Positions 10,908-25,560 of a DNA stretch of 64,000 bases are shown piece by piece. The notes beneath the pieces were generated by a model that saw nothing but the letters and a program-made list of their open reading frames with translations, was not told the origin of the DNA and did not search any database. The stretch covers positions 1,054,001 to 1,118,000 of the forward strand of contig OZ234493.1 of assembly GCA_965153455.1 (NCBI GenBank), in the 5' to 3' direction. The stretch comes from Sphagnum compactum. Lineage: Eukaryota. The translations under genes and the position numbers were made by a program. How positions within the stretch are numbered: position 1 is the stretch's first letter; every line of letters starts with the position of its first letter.

Positions 10908-13070
10908 TACATCAATGGTTTAAACCCAAATTCCTTCATTTTCAAGTTCTACTAAAAGCTTACAGCATCTCCACCCCAAAGCAGCAAAAACCCTTATTTT
11001 ATATAAATCTTGCAAATCAGGCAATGCAAATCCAAATCCTATTTGCTCTCCAGTCAAACTGGCCTAAAATGGAATGGTCATTTTGACGTCTTTAATCAGA
11101 TTTTTTCCTATGAATTTGGTCAGAGACAAATCATTGGTCCAAATGCAAAAGTGTAAATGGTCTTTCATTGCTCAAACTTTTCTTCATATATTTGTGGGTG
11201 GGGGGACATTGAGCATTAAACACCAACTTATTTTAATAGAAAGGTGTATTTTATTGCTATGGGGTGGAGGTGTTTTTAGCTTCAAGTAATTCAAGACTAA
11301 GTCAAGATTACTGAAAGCACTTTGACATTGCCAAAAAGAGTAGGAACTTCAATGGAGCTACATGTATCACATGTAATTTTATCCAAGGGAAGCAAAACCC
11401 AAAGTAAACTTAGGGACACCCATAGCTCATATTTGGGGCCTCTATCAATGTCTCTGAAATCCAAATTGTGTGCAAGTGAATTCCAATGTTGGGGTCTAGA
11501 CTTTTTTTTAAAATTTTAAAGAACCTCCTTGTTGTTTTTTTTTTTCTATCATTTTTTCCATTGTATGAAAATAATAATAATAATAATAATTCTGTCTAAA
11601 ATTCCCTGTTTCTATTTTTATGTTTTGAATATCATCAGATTTGGCTAAATGTATTTAGGGACAATCGCCACTTGAACAACATCACTATTTATTTATTTTA
11701 AACATCAACCATATCTAGGTTCTTTCCAAAGAAAATAATTTAGACCTGCAATATCTTTATTTTTAATTTATCATATCCTTCACCTTGTTCATTACAAATA
11801 AAAGAAAAGACTAATCACAAGCTCGTGTCTATGATCCAAGATCAAGGATAACAGATTGTGAGCCTTTCTCTAATTGTATTTTTTCAAAAAATAAAAATCA
11901 ATGACCCCACATGCTTCCTTCTTGATGTTCATACCCAAATCCAGACTCCAAATCAAAACCTAATTCATCTTTTGTCAAGATATTTAAAACAACAGGAGGA
12001 CTATTATTTTTTTCCTTCAATTTTAAACTCTTTGTTATGACTACATGTAGAACATCACTCAAGAATCAATGACCATGTGACTAGTTCACTACACATGAGT
12101 AGTGACAACATGAAACAAATAGTTTACAATAATCTAAAAAATGTGCCATGTGTAGGGGGTGGTATCATGTCCATTGAAAAAAGAAAAAATTAAAAAATTA
12201 AAAACAACATTATTAAAAAAGGTTAAAAAGATGACAAGCAAAAGCAAATTTGACAATGGTTGAGAATATTATCTTATTTTTATTGGGGTGTTCAATTTTT
12301 GTGGGCAAATGCTTGCATCACTACATGTTTTCATCCATTCTTTTAATTTTTTCACTAATTTTTTAGCCATGTCATAGTTTAGGTGAAATGCATCACATAG
12401 GACCTATTTTGAGCATTTTGGGTCTATTATCAATTTCTTCCACAAATGCAATGCATTTAATTTTGGGTTTTAATTTTGGTGTTTGGACCTTAGAATTTTT
12501 ATTTTTAGAATATTAATGTTATTTAATGTCATTTGAAATAATATTATTAATTTACATTAAAGGATCCATGGGTGTATTTTATATACACAAGTTTAACAAT
12601 TTAGTTAGTTTTTCATTTCAAATTGCATCATCATTTGATTTCATTAATCAATAAAATAATCATTAATTTAATGGATTTTAAAACAAATCCACACTAACTA
12701 TGTTTATCACCTTCCATGTGAATGTGATAGTTTTCCAAAATCTCAATGTACCACAAATTCATTATGTTTCTCCCTTAAAAAGAATTTGAATATGAAAATT
12801 TTCAAATGTTTCTCATGGTTCATAAACATGGTTCAATAGATTTTCAACTTTCATAAAGGTTTTAATCATTTCAACTATTTTCAAAATATATTTATGTTTT
12901 TCGGTACAGTCTTATAAATGTTATTTTTTAACAAAAACCTTTAAACAACACATAAATGAAATTTAAAAAATAGAATTGATTTTAATATAATGGACTATAC
13001 TAATATTCAAAAACATTGTGAAAATCTTTCATAACAATGACATTGTTGGATTGCACCACCCAAAAAATTT

Positions 13071-13869
13071 ATCATGAACCCCTAACTTTGAGCTTGTGAC
13101 CAAGTTTTAAAAAGAACACAAAAAAGGAACATGTCAAGAACAAACTAAGGCCAAAAAATGCCTGAACACATTGGTGGATTGAAAAGGAACATTTTTAAGA
13201 CTCCCAAGATGAATTCACAATTTGGGAGGTGGGAGTTTTAGACTAATTATACTTTTTGGGAAAAAAAATCTAAGGGGGAAAACTTTGTTCAAAGCAAGAA
13301 TTCTTTATATCATTAAAAAGATTTCAAAGCATACATATTGAAAATGAATTACATTCTCCATTTGAAGCTATGAACTAAGAATCATGGCTAAAAGAATGGT
13401 CATGAATTAAACTATCAATTTCACTTTTCACCATTGAAACCCAAAAAATAGGGGTCAAATAGCCTCTAATCAAGTGTGCAATATGGTGTTGGAAAGACCT
13501 TATTATGGGATACAACTTTGTAATTGGAAGTTTTTTTATTAAAGTTCATATGAAAAAGTCATGAACCCACAAAATTACAAGATTCATAACTTGGAATTTC
13601 AATGTAATTCCCATGGAAAGGTTTAGTGCATGATATAGGGAGGAGAGTGGTAGCTAGTTTCTTCCCAAGTTTGGGTTTTGTGGATGTAAAACCCAAAATA
13701 AGTCCATGACCCAAAATAGTTCCATTTCTATTAACCACCAACATTATATGGATTGTGCAAGTCATTTGTTCATGAGGTGCCCATGATTGTCAAATCATCC
13801 TAGTCCCATTTTGAAATTCCTACATACCCATTTTACCCTCCAAATGCGTGCAATTAAAAATTGTGCCAA
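13071..13869. mobile_element. Degenerate copy of the TG..CA LTR-like family, opposite orientation to 28943-29761
   Basis: AT-shifted matches to the reverse complement of the family (e.g. atatggtgttggaaagacct, ggatacaactttg, ttcttcccaagtttggg). Confidence 0.55.
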
Positions 13870-14250
13870 GCCAACCTACTTACCTTCCTACTTACCTACT
13901 TAATCACCTTAACAATCTACCTACACACCTACCTCCCTACATGCCATAACAACCCATTACATACCTACCTACATACCCTAGAACAACCTACCTATATACC
14001 TACCCACTTAAACCTATTTACTTACCCTAGGTCTACTTTCTTACCAACTTATACCTACCTACCTTTACCTACCTCCCTAACTACCTATTAATTTACTAGG
14101 CACCTAGAATTATATTTAGGTTTACAAGCTAGCCATTAGTTATTACCTAGGTAACTAGGTAGGTCTAGTAATTAGGTAGCATATATTCCCTAATTACTAT
14201 TTAGTTTTTAGCTACTACAAACTAATTGTACTACCTAATATTTATTAGTT
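13870..14250. repeat. Degenerate (CCTA/TAGG)n low-complexity tract
   Basis: Runs of acct/tacc/ctac. Similar tracts occur at 16400-16620, 16780-16880, 17960-18045 and 21530-21620. Confidence 0.7.
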
Positions 14251-15029
14251 CCTACTCAATGGTACTTATTAAGTAAATTACATGTACACACAACTATAAA
14301 TCTTGAAGGAAAAATATAAGTTAAATTTGTGAACACAATTCAATTTCAAGAAATTTTTTTTTCACAAATCATTTAAAATTTTATACATTATTGTGCATAT
14401 CAATGAATAAATCTTTGAAAGATCTTGAAAAAAATAAAATCATTTGTTTTATTTGAGTAAAACATGAAGAAGAAAATGCATTTCAAAGTTTGAATGTTGG
14501 AAAGATTTGAAATGGAACATGTTAATGACAAAGTTTCACAATTTTTATCAAAACATAGGTGTGGTGAGTTGGTCAAAGATTTGGTAAGTACATGTGGTTG
14601 AAGACGTCAAGAATTCAACTCCCATTCCTTACATGCTTAAAGGAATATGTGAAGATCGTGTACAACCATAGGCTATGGAATGTATGATTTATCCACCACA
14701 ACCTAGGTGGGTAGCTAGCATCTACTTATGAACTTGTTTTATGACCCACCTACCTACATTTAATTAAAAAATTCAGGTATGCATTTTTAAAATTAAAAAA
14801 TTGGCCCAAAAACATTGTTGCCAAAAAAATTTGTTGTTTGATTTGACCAATCAAATAACCCACCATTCAATTAGTCAAAAAGATCACCAGTCAAATCGGT
14901 CATGTCAAAAACGACTTGACCAAAATGGCTAAGTGGTTTTTTTACTAATGTCCAATATGGATATTTTTTGGTCAGAATTTCCAATAGAAAAAGTCATGAT
15001 TTGTATAATTCCATGCATTTAAAGGTTGA

Positions 15030-15806
15030 AAGGCCATGTGAGAACTTTGGGATGGGATTAAGATGAAGGTCATAAACAAATTAAGTTACATTGTCCAAAT
15101 AATACATTGGTTAACACAATTGAACTCATATGATGTTCAACTTCAATCATGGGCAACCCAAATTCACTTGATTCATATAGCCCAAACCTTTGGAAGGATG
15201 CACCGTTCTTCTCCCTATAATATATTTTGTGATTTAAAATGAAGACTACATCTAAATGGTTTATTTTTTTGAATTTTTTTGAAACTATTAAATTATGAAT
15301 TTTGTTACTTTGTGGGTTCATAACTCACACATAAAAGTTCTAATTGAAAAGATCAAAAATAAATATAGTTTCTAAAAGTATTTTTCAATACCATGTTGCA
15401 CACTATAATTATTAATCATTTGGCCTTTATTGCTTAAGCTTTAATGGTTGAACACCAAATTATCAAATTGATTCCCAACCTTTTTTTTTGGATATTTAAA
15501 ATGTGTTTTAAATCTTCAAATGGAGTTTATAAATCATTTTGGATATTTAATCATTGAGACCTCTTTAATGGTTCTCAAAAAGTTCAATTTGGATAAGTTT
15601 TTTTATTCATAACCTTATACCAAAGATTCGGGACACATGCTAAACTCCAACTCCTAAAATGGGAATTCGTTTGAAAAGTTTAGAAATCATTTCCTTGCAT
15701 TATTACCCACTTGTGGAAGTGTACAATAACACTAGGAAAATTTCTTGATTTTTGTTTTTGTTCATGCATTAACTTTAGTTGTAAACCCAAGGCTAAGGTC
15801 ACAATA
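15030..15806. mobile_element. Degenerate copy of the TG..CA LTR-like family, same orientation as 28943-29761
   Basis: Matches such as gggatgggattaagatg, tcaaattgattccc, aaagattcgggacac and aaactccaactcc, ending cccaaggctaaggtcacaata. Confidence 0.5.
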
Positions 15807-18800
15807 ACAACCCAATATAAAAACATCCTCATGACATGGACTTTTAAAAGATGTTTGTGGTCCATTCAAGGTGGCATGAAGTTGTCCAAGCTTGCTATAA
15901 CTATTCCTTATGCATGTTTAACTATCCATGACAACCACTTTGAAGGCAATGGAAAATCAAACTCCATGGTGGGATTTTGCTAATTTGAAAAATGGTGGTC
16001 ATCAAGTTTAATAATCACCTTCAGGGGTTTGTGTGATTCAATGTTAGGTTGTTATTACAATTCATGGTTTTTTAAGTTGTCCACATTGACTACCTTGTCC
16101 ACTTCGACTAATGAACATGCCCATTTTGATTAAAGGTTTGTGGTTTGAATGTGAATTATTTATTTTTTACTAGTGAATTTCATTAGAATGGCTAAAATAA
16201 CTATTTATCAAATTGAGTAGTTAGTCAAGTTGAACAAAAAACTGACCACCTTGGTTAAAATGGTCAATGGGTTCTAGTTAAATGGGACATCTAGTCTAGT
16301 TGGACAAATCAAAGTGACATGATTGGTCAAAATAACCAATAGTTTTTTAGTTAAATTGGACGTTTTATGTTAATTGATATCCCAAATTTAGCTATTACCT
16401 AAGCTAAGTAGGTAGCCTACCTACCTACCTACCTACTACTTAGCCTTGATAGGTAGATTTCAGTAAGTAAATAGCCAAAGCCTTATACCTACGTACCTAT
16501 TTACTTAGTTATTACATAGGCCAGGTAAGTAGCATATGTGTACCTATTTATCTACCTAGTTAATACTTTGACTAAGTAGGTAGCCTAGGCCTATTTACCT
16601 ATATTTTAAGCTTACTTACCTATTGACATAAATGGTGATGTGAAATAAACATGTGAATTAAAAAATTTGACAAAAATTGTCACCTTTTGGAGGTGTGGTC
16701 CATTGGTAAGGAAGTTTGGTTTATCATTGTGGAGGTGAAAAGTTCAATTCTTTATACTTGTAACATATGTGCATGCCTAAGACACTAGGGTAGGTAGGTT
16801 AAATTAGGCTAGGCTTACTAGCTTCCTACCTCCTTGCCTGTTTACAACCTACTTAAACCTATTATTATCCACCTACTTAGAAAATATTTCAAAATAATAC
16901 TATAAAAAAATGATTAAATTTAGGTCAATCAAAAAGACCACCCAATCACCATGGTGGGTCCGAACCAACTTGTCCAAATTAACAAGGTGGTCTTTCTATG
17001 CTCGTCAGTTTGAATTTTTTTGATGAAAAAATCCAATAAAAAAACCTTGTTTTTGTAATAGTGACAAGTTTGAAAAGTGGTGACCACCAATGTGTGCATG
17101 GTAGTTACAACCTTCAAAGGTGTGACTCCATTGCAATCTATGAAAATTTCCATTGTGCAAGCTTTTATGAATTTGAAAAACAAGCCCATCCAAAGTTTGA
17201 ACACCAATCAATGAAGCTCACCATAAAGGAAACCAACCCTTCATTTATCTATTGAAAATGAAGAAACTACAAATCAAACAATCTTACTTGACTGGTCTTT
17301 TCAAAGACTATTCATTTTGAACTTGATGATTATGTTTACATCCACATACTTACATGATAATAGAATCACCAACATGTTTTTTTCATTGTCTTTTCTTATG
17401 GAAATTTCAATCAAAATAGACATTGAACATATTTAGACTCAATAAAAAAAACCAGTCAATTACAACAATTATGTAGTTGTTAGTAAATCATTCATCTTCA
17501 TGTGAATAATTTCAATCATGTCTATTTTGATTGAAATCTATCATGTCCATTTTGACTAACATGTTAATTTGTGTGGCATTATTATTATTATTATTATTAT
17601 TTTAAATTTGAAATTTTCAACAAGTCATTACAATGTCTAGATTTTTAATATTTTAAAAATTCTATTGAATCACAAAGGTGTTGATTTAAATGCAACTAGA
17701 AGCATTTTAAAACTCAATGTTGTTAACCTAAGTTAGAACTATAACATGGCTAATTTTAATCATATTCATAGGATGTCAAGAGTGAAATTTGAATCCTCAC
17801 CTCCACAACCATATGGCAAGTCCTTAATCAACCAACCACCATGCTTCATGCGGTGACAAATTTTGTAATTACATAAATATAAACACAATACATTTTAAAT
17901 TTGTGAACATTAAAATATTAAAATATAATAATTAAGTTCATAATGAAAATTTCATATGTAAGTAGGTAATGTAGGTGGTGCATATATGCATGGTAGTTTG
18001 TAGGTAATACCTACCCATTTACCTAGCTACCTACTTACCTATCAACCTTCATTTCATTATTTGAATTTGTAATGCATTTAAGATTTTAAGGTTTATATAT
18101 ATATTCATTTTAGATATACAAACATAATTCTGAATTTCAATTGGGGTTATAAATTCAAATACAATATAATTTCATGTGATTAATTAATTATTTTTAAATT
18201 TGAAATAAATTTTACACGTGAAAATTTGTGAATAGTTTCACATGTACATAATTTCAGAATTAAAATTTTAATTAAATTAAAACATTATATACATTATGCC
18301 ACATAAGACATCATGTGAATAACATGTTTAGTAACAACAATCACATATGAGGACACATCACCATTTATATCATATTATAATGACTGAATTTAGTCCTTAT
18401 GCTAGCACTATGATTTTCACATATGTCGTCCATGCCTCACAATGTGTCATTTGTAATGTTTGTTTTAATTAAAGTGAAAATTAAACTTAGTCATAATAGA
18501 CAGTGTTATTTTCATAGTTAGTCAAAATAGACATTATTAATCATGTCAATAAAGAAAATTCAAATATACAATCATATTAGTCAAATTCAAATAATGAAGA
18601 ACACATGTTTTTGTTGTAATGAATTTAATATGATATTTTATCCAAAATTTTGAATATTTTTGTTAAAATTTGGCATGAATTTTAAACTAATGACATTAGT
18701 CTAGCTCTTCATCTCGATATTTTTCACTAAATTTGTGATGTTGTTCACTTGCCAATCATCCATAAGAATATTTAGCCAAATTTGGTGATATTGAAAATAT

Positions 18801-20516
18801 GAAAAAAGAAAATCTTAAACACCTTTTTTGTTGTACACAATTGTAGCGATTTTTGGTAGTGTTTAATTCAAAAATTCAAAAAAATTGCAATATAATTTTC
18901 TTTCTCCAAAATAATCATATAATGACCAAAAATCACCACAAAAAAATCATTGTTTCATTTTTTTTTTTTCATAAATTCATGTTTAAAATTACCCTATTGC
19001 TTATACATGAAACATTAAGTTTATCAAACATTTAACTATGTTCATGTTTTCATTCAAATGTAACATAGGGGAAATTATTCTTTGCATAGTTGTGAAACAT
19101 GTGAGATAAAAGGTATTTTTTTGGTGATGATATGAAGTAATAGGACATTAAAAGAATATTTTATAAGAATTAATAACATTCTAGATATATAATCGAAGCA
19201 TATTTCCATAATACAAACCTTATATATATATATATATATATATTCCCCTAGAATGTAACAAAACATATTCACCATATATGCAAATATCCATACATATCAC
19301 ATCAAATCTTCATGAAATGAAACTTTGGCCCTTTTTAACCCAACAAAAAACATTTTGTTTTTTATGAAGTTTTTGAAATGATGTAATTTTACTACTCACA
19401 ATCATGTATAAATATTCATAAAAGACCATAATAAATAACCAAATTAAAACATATATTCAAGTTCTTTTCAATTTTATGTCTTCATATTCATCAATAGATG
19501 GCCATTTATAAATTTTCAAAATGAATGATTCAATTTCACAAAAGATTAAATAGAGTCAAAATTTTACCATTGATCAACTACCAACTATCCATTATTTATT
19601 ATTCACTAAATGACCAATGAAACATTTTGAAATTACAAAAAAGTCATTGAGATGCAAATTCAAAAATATAAAAACATTATGCATTTTATTTCATTAGAAT
19701 CCAATGTTTAAAACTTCTAGAATAATTCTTCAAAGTCAAGGGATTGTAAGATTTTATTACATACAATAAATCCTTGGCTACTTTCATAAGGATTGCACCC
19801 ACATTCTATTCAATCCAAGGACTAACAAGGTAATTCTAAGTTGTAATGTTAAATTTGATGAAACATGCATTGATTGGGCATTAACATAATATTTTAATGT
19901 GTTTCATCTTTGGAGTAAACATCACAACAAAAGAACTTGGCCCATGTGTTTTACATTTGGAGCAAAACACCACAACAAAGGATTTTGAGAACTTCAAATA
20001 ACTGCATGAGATTAAAGTATTGTTGAATGTGTTGTAGTCATCCAAAAAAAATGAATTTCAAAGATACTTTGATCTTTTTGATACGTCAAATCTAATGTAA
20101 GGAATAAGTTTCGTACAACTTGTGATATTTTTTTCAAAAAGGATCAAATCCAATAGTGAATGCAAACAATCATTAAAATTCAATTAAACAAAATTTATTT
20201 ATATGACCTTAAGTTTGGGCTCACGACCTAGGCTTTGACAAGTCAAATGGATAAAGAGTCAAAAATAAATTAAGACAAGGAAGGCACCCAAATTCATTCC
20301 CCTTGTGAAAGGAAATTGCATGAAAATGCAAGGAGTCCCAAAACTCCCAAATGCATTTTCATTCTTGATAACTTGAAGTTTTGGGGCATCTTGTAATTTT
20401 TGAATAAAAGTTAAAATTCAAACCTTGTCCAAATTGGTCCCTTTTTAGACCATTGGAACTTTTTTGAAGAATTGATATTTAAAGTGGGTCATATTCTTAG
20501 TTTGAACATTTGAAAC

Positions 20517-21095
20517 TATTAATGGGTTTTTCTATTCCCATTAAATTTTCAACTTCTGAATTTTCTAGCAATAGGTACATTAACACTACAAATTTTAAAT
20601 CTATCTACAATTCCGAAACTCACATGTACTCAAATTGCACATAGCTTCAAGAAAAAAAATGTTAAAAAAAATGTTATCATATTTCAAGTGAAAAAGAAAC
20701 ACAAAATCAAATTAATATCAAAGAGTCTCCTTGAATAGGTTTGTCTTTTAGTCTTTATACTGACTAATTCAAAATTTGAATAGTCATAATAGACCATTTA
20801 AATAATCATTAGCCAATACTTAATTAATAGTCCTAAAAATTTAAAAACTACACCCTATTTAACCACATGTTTCATTACCTGTTCTACCAATTATAAGTTC
20901 TGCAAACTATCAACTGATTATCAACCTATCAACTTGTCTATTAACCTAGTGTAATGTTCCCTATCACTTTCTATAACCGATTAAGTTAATGTCACATGTT
21001 AGGTTAATATAATAGGTTAGTTAGATCTTGTTAAATATAACAACTTGCCTAAACCTATAACCTATTAGGTCATTTGATACTAAATCTGGGTAACA
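20517..21095. mobile_element. Probable solo LTR of a second family (579 bp)
   Basis: Termini tatta...taaca (TGTTA/TAACA with one transition), flanked by the 5-bp direct repeat GAAAC (20512-20516, 21096-21100). Confidence 0.6.
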
Positions 21096-21139
21096 GAAAC
21101 ATAAGTTATAGTTGATTGTGTGGTTAAAAATCAAAATGG

Positions 21140-23292
21140 CACTATGAAAAAACAAGGTGTTTTGCAACTAGCCTTGCAACTCAATTTTTAAATTACAATG
21201 ACCACTTACAACTCACCATATATACGATGCAATTCATTGTAACTCAATTGTAACTATGTTGAAATAACTCATTTTCAACTACTATGCAATTCCACTATAA
21301 CTATAACCATAACATCCTATTAATGTTACTAATTTTCATCCATCCATTAAAATTTAACACATGACAATATGAAGATTTTTGGATTAAATTATTTTTGAAG
21401 AATTGATCTCCATCGTCTATTACTATTGTTAATGATGGTTTGAAATTATGACACACAACATAATAAAAAATTGCCACATGGCATATTAATTGAATTGAAT
21501 TTAAAATATATTTATATATTTATTTCAATAGGTAGGTAGGTCGATACATAGCCATAGGTAGATAGGTTGATATGTTCTAGGACCTACATACCTACTTACT
21601 TATGTATGTAGCCAAGTAAGTAAGAAAATACCAAATTAGATGAATTAAAAAATATATATTTTTGTAGATTATGTTTTTACATTTTGTGTTTTGCCTTTAG
21701 GGTTAAGCTTTTTTGAGCTCATCCCAAAATGACATGTGTATTTTAATGTGAGAATATTTTTTAAAAAAAAATTTATATAGTTTGTGACATGGGATTTAAA
21801 GACAAAAGCATACGGGTTAAATCTTCTAGTTGTTTTTCAATTCCAAATTAAGTTGCAATTGCATAAAGATTTTCTCACATGTTTTGTGTTTGTTTTTCAT
21901 TATGTAAATGATAAAAATAAATTATTATTTATTTGATACTTATATGTGTGAATTAATTATTTAATATTTAATAATCTGATATAGTGATTTAAAATAATTA
22001 ATTCTTGTAATTAATAAATAAAAGTTATTTGAAATAATTAGTTTAATTCATCTTTTTTTATTGGCTATTTCAATTAATCAATTATTGGTTATTTTAATAA
22101 TTTATTGTTAGATAATTAATTACCAAAAATTCACATAATTAATCATATTTTGTCTTTTTCAAAAATTATTAATTATTTGAATTAATCAACAAATAAATTA
22201 TTTGAATCAAATTGATTTATAATCATATTAAAACTTAATTATTCATTTTAAGTAATTAGTTCATAATAATTAAATAAATTACATATTACTTAATATTTAA
22301 TAAATTATTGACTAATAATTCATTATTAAAATTTAAAAATGAATTTGGGTAGAAAATAATAAGGTATAAATACGCATATCCATTTGTACATGTAAATTGA
22401 ATTTTTAATATAGTATGCACATAGCTTTTAATCTCACATTTAGCTTAATTATATGTATTTAATTAATTAATTTCTTATTAAATTTAGATAATTATTGATT
22501 TGGTAATTATTGATGAGATAGTAATTACCTTAATTAATTGGCTTAATTCATTATTAAGTGTCCCCAATTTAGATAAATATTTATTTTATTATTATTTGAT
22601 GAATAATTATTATTACTATACATCCATATTATTCAATATAATTAACATTATTAGTTAGTTAATTAATTTTAAAATAATTACATGAATTACACTTATTTAT
22701 GTAGATTAATAGTCAAATTATTGAAACAATAATTTTTTAAAAATATTACATATGAATTTGTCTCCTTTTAAAGTCATAAATTGTTGCATAATAGTTACAA
22801 CATAGTTGAACACTAGTAGTTCAATATTGGCGCATTAATAGCACTACTAGTTATGTTAATAGAAATCATGATTACAAATGTATCATATAGTGGACAATGG
22901 AAATGTAGACACATGGCATGATCGCATGTATGTACATTGTACATTAATTACAACATAGTTGTTGCATCAATGACACATTTGCAATAATTCTAAAATAGTT
23001 GTCACATGCAACTACAATGCAACTTCTCAAAAAATCAAATATGGTTAATTATGGATGAATGTATGATGTGTACAAATTATTGTATGGAAAACCCATTTTC
23101 AACTCACATGCAATCATAATACAACTAACTAATTCATAACAATTTATTTATTAATTCCCCATATTTCTAAGGGGATAGTTACATAATAATTGGAATACCC
23201 AAGGGATAGTTGCATAGTAGTTGTATATGAGTTGTTTTTGAAGCTTTAATTGTAAGGCAACGTGGTTTTGACGAACGCAATTTTTCTTAGTG
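21140..23292. mobile_element. Non-autonomous CACTA (En/Spm) DNA transposon, 2153 bp
   Basis: TIRs CACTATGAAAAA / TTTTTCTTAGTG; 3-bp TSD TGG (21137-21139, 23293-23295); subterminal tgcaact / agttg repeats; very AT-rich interior with no transposase ORF. Confidence 0.88.
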
Positions 23293-23474
23293 TGGCAATT
23301 TGACATAAGGGCCAAATCACCTCCCATTGGAGAATGTGATATGCCATTGGAAAGTTATGTTTAAAGGTTACAACAACATTTGAGAACTTTTGAACTGGAA
23401 TCCATATATGAAGGAGTTTTGAACCCACAAAATAATGGGATTCATAACTTAAAAATTTTGAGACTTTCACTTAT

Positions 23475-24249
23475 AGGTGAAAGTACCATTGGGTGATACC
23501 ACAAGGAATGTCACAATATCATTTTCCTAGACCACCTTGATTTTAGGAATACTTTTCATTTTTTTGGTACAAAATTTATTATTATTTGTATACTCTTGCA
23601 TTGTGCACATCATGGGTTTCTAATGATCCATCTTAATCATAATTTGGATATGTTTTGATGTTCCTAAACATTTCCTATATCAAAAGATTCAAGAATGAAC
23701 ATAATAACTATATATTAACAACCTTCTATAATTTTTTTTCTTGTTGGAGAAGATGCCTATGACATATGCTTAGGGAAAACATCCAATAACAATGTTAAAA
23801 TCTATATAACGAATATTTGGTTTATGGTTGAAAGTTAGGAAAAGTATTCATCCAAAGCCACATGAACAAGGAATGAATTTTTTTTATAAAAAATGAACTT
23901 TGATTGTTACTTGTAAGGCTTGTAAAATAAAATATGTTTGTAATGGCTATTGATTGAAAAAATGAAACCTTGGGTTCTTTTGATGTCCATCAAGAATAAT
24001 CACACATTCTTTTAACTCTTTCACTTCAATTAGGGACATTTCTTCAACCCCATCATCCTACAAATTTAAAAAGAGGATCTTGCATTTTATCTTGAAAATC
24101 ATTTAAAAACCCCATGGTTAAATGGATGCAACAATAAGAAATACAAAAACCAAAATTAAAATTTAAGAAAATTACCAAATATTTTTAAAATTTTTTAAAA
24201 AAATTCCTAAAGTGGTTCCCAACGATACCACCTAATCATACTTTCGCCC
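23475..24249. mobile_element. Non-autonomous TIR element, about 775 bp
   Basis: Imperfect TIRs: aggtgaaagtaccattgggtgatacc versus reverse complement gggcgaaagtatgattaggtggtatc. Flanks ttat / ttgt may be a mutated 4-bp TSD. Confidence 0.6.
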
Positions 24250-24879
24250 TTGTAAAGGATCCTAAGAATTTATGCCACTTTGATATGTAATCCCCATCAT
24301 CATCTATAAAACATATTATAGGGAGGAAAGTGGCACCTCCTCTTCAAGTTTGGGTTGTGATGAACTAAATGAATGTGAATTACTCACAACTTGTTTGTGC
24401 ACCATTTTGGTTCCAAACTACACTAGTAACTACTTTTTTTATATGCAATTTGAAATGTTTGTGAGTTGAATTTGAGGAATTCATCTTGGTCCCATTTTAG
24501 GTTTCCCACACCTTCTTTTGTGAAAGTTAAGGAATGCACCTTGGGTTTGCATTATGTTGCAAAATCAGGAATTGGTAAGGTTTTTTGCCCCCAATACCAT
24601 TTAACACACTTATGGATACATGAAAATCAAATTAATGTGTTACAATATTGACCAAAAAGGAAAATGTAATGCCCAGATGCTTTGATGAATTCATCACAAA
24701 AGTTGTTAATCGTATTTAAGAACCAACCACTTGTAGCAAACAAGAGGTGGAAACCAACAATGCTTGAAGTTCAATAGATTCCATTTCACGCAATCAAATT
24801 TGGCAATTAACTAAATTACCCCTCAAGAATAGGCCAATAACAATTAGGTGGATTTACAAGGTTAAAAACAATTCCATTA

Positions 24880-25560
24880 ATAAACCTTCAAAGTACAAGG
24901 TTAGGTTAGTGTTTGGTCAAATTGTAAACCATCCAAATGTTTCACTTGGCACATTGTTTTCAATGTATGTTTTTTGAAATACTATACTCCCTATTTTTAT
25001 AAAAATGAGGCTAATGAATAAACAAAATTTAAATCACTTTAATTTTGTAATTTCAAATTATCAATTATTAGTTGCACTTGATTTAAACGATCTTGTCTTC
25101 TAAGTTGCCCGTCCATGATGACCAATCATCCACATAAAACCTGATTATTAAAATTATCCCTTCACAATGCCGATAGTAGGAATTGAAGTTTGCTCCACAT
25201 CTAACCATATGCAGATTTTTGAAAACTTTATCAATATTCTCATTAGGCTTGAAGAAGTTATCAAAGCCCATACAATTCATTCTTGAACTTATTATAAACC
25301 AAATGTTCATTTAGTAAATACTTTATGAATCCATAAAGTTCTTTCATGTATACCCTCTCCTAAAGGGCAAATTTCAAAAACATTATTTTAACATTCATTT
25401 ATGAGATTTTTTTCAACTATGCAATATGCTACAAGTAGGACGATGTGTGATCAGAATCCAATTTTCTAGATTTTGAAACACACCATAGCTTTGTTTTGTT
25501 TTGCTATGTTTTTGTCTTTTTATTATGCAAGGAGTTTGTGAGGTTTCGTTGGTACTTGGA
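24880..25560 (-). pseudogene. Degenerate Ty1/copia reverse transcriptase remnant
   Basis: Minus-strand translations MNVKIMFLKFAL*ERVYMKELYGF (cf. MDVKTAFLNG..EEVYM.QP.GF), LYGL and IILIIRFYVDD; many stops and frameshifts. Confidence 0.7.

Larger units (their letters stand above)
20200..24560. mobile_element. Degenerate LTR-like family copy split by three nested insertions
   Basis: Host pieces about 20200-20516, 21096-21139, 23293-23474 and 24250-24560 rejoin into the reverse-complement family sequence (e.g. gaacatttgaaac|ataagttata; tcaaaatgg|caatttgac versus tcaaactggcagtttgac). Confidence 0.6.

Noticed and set aside
14558..17850. Functional tRNA genes
   Set aside because: A/B-box-like motifs are present but no cloverleaf or acceptor stem can be folded; treated as repeat-derived.
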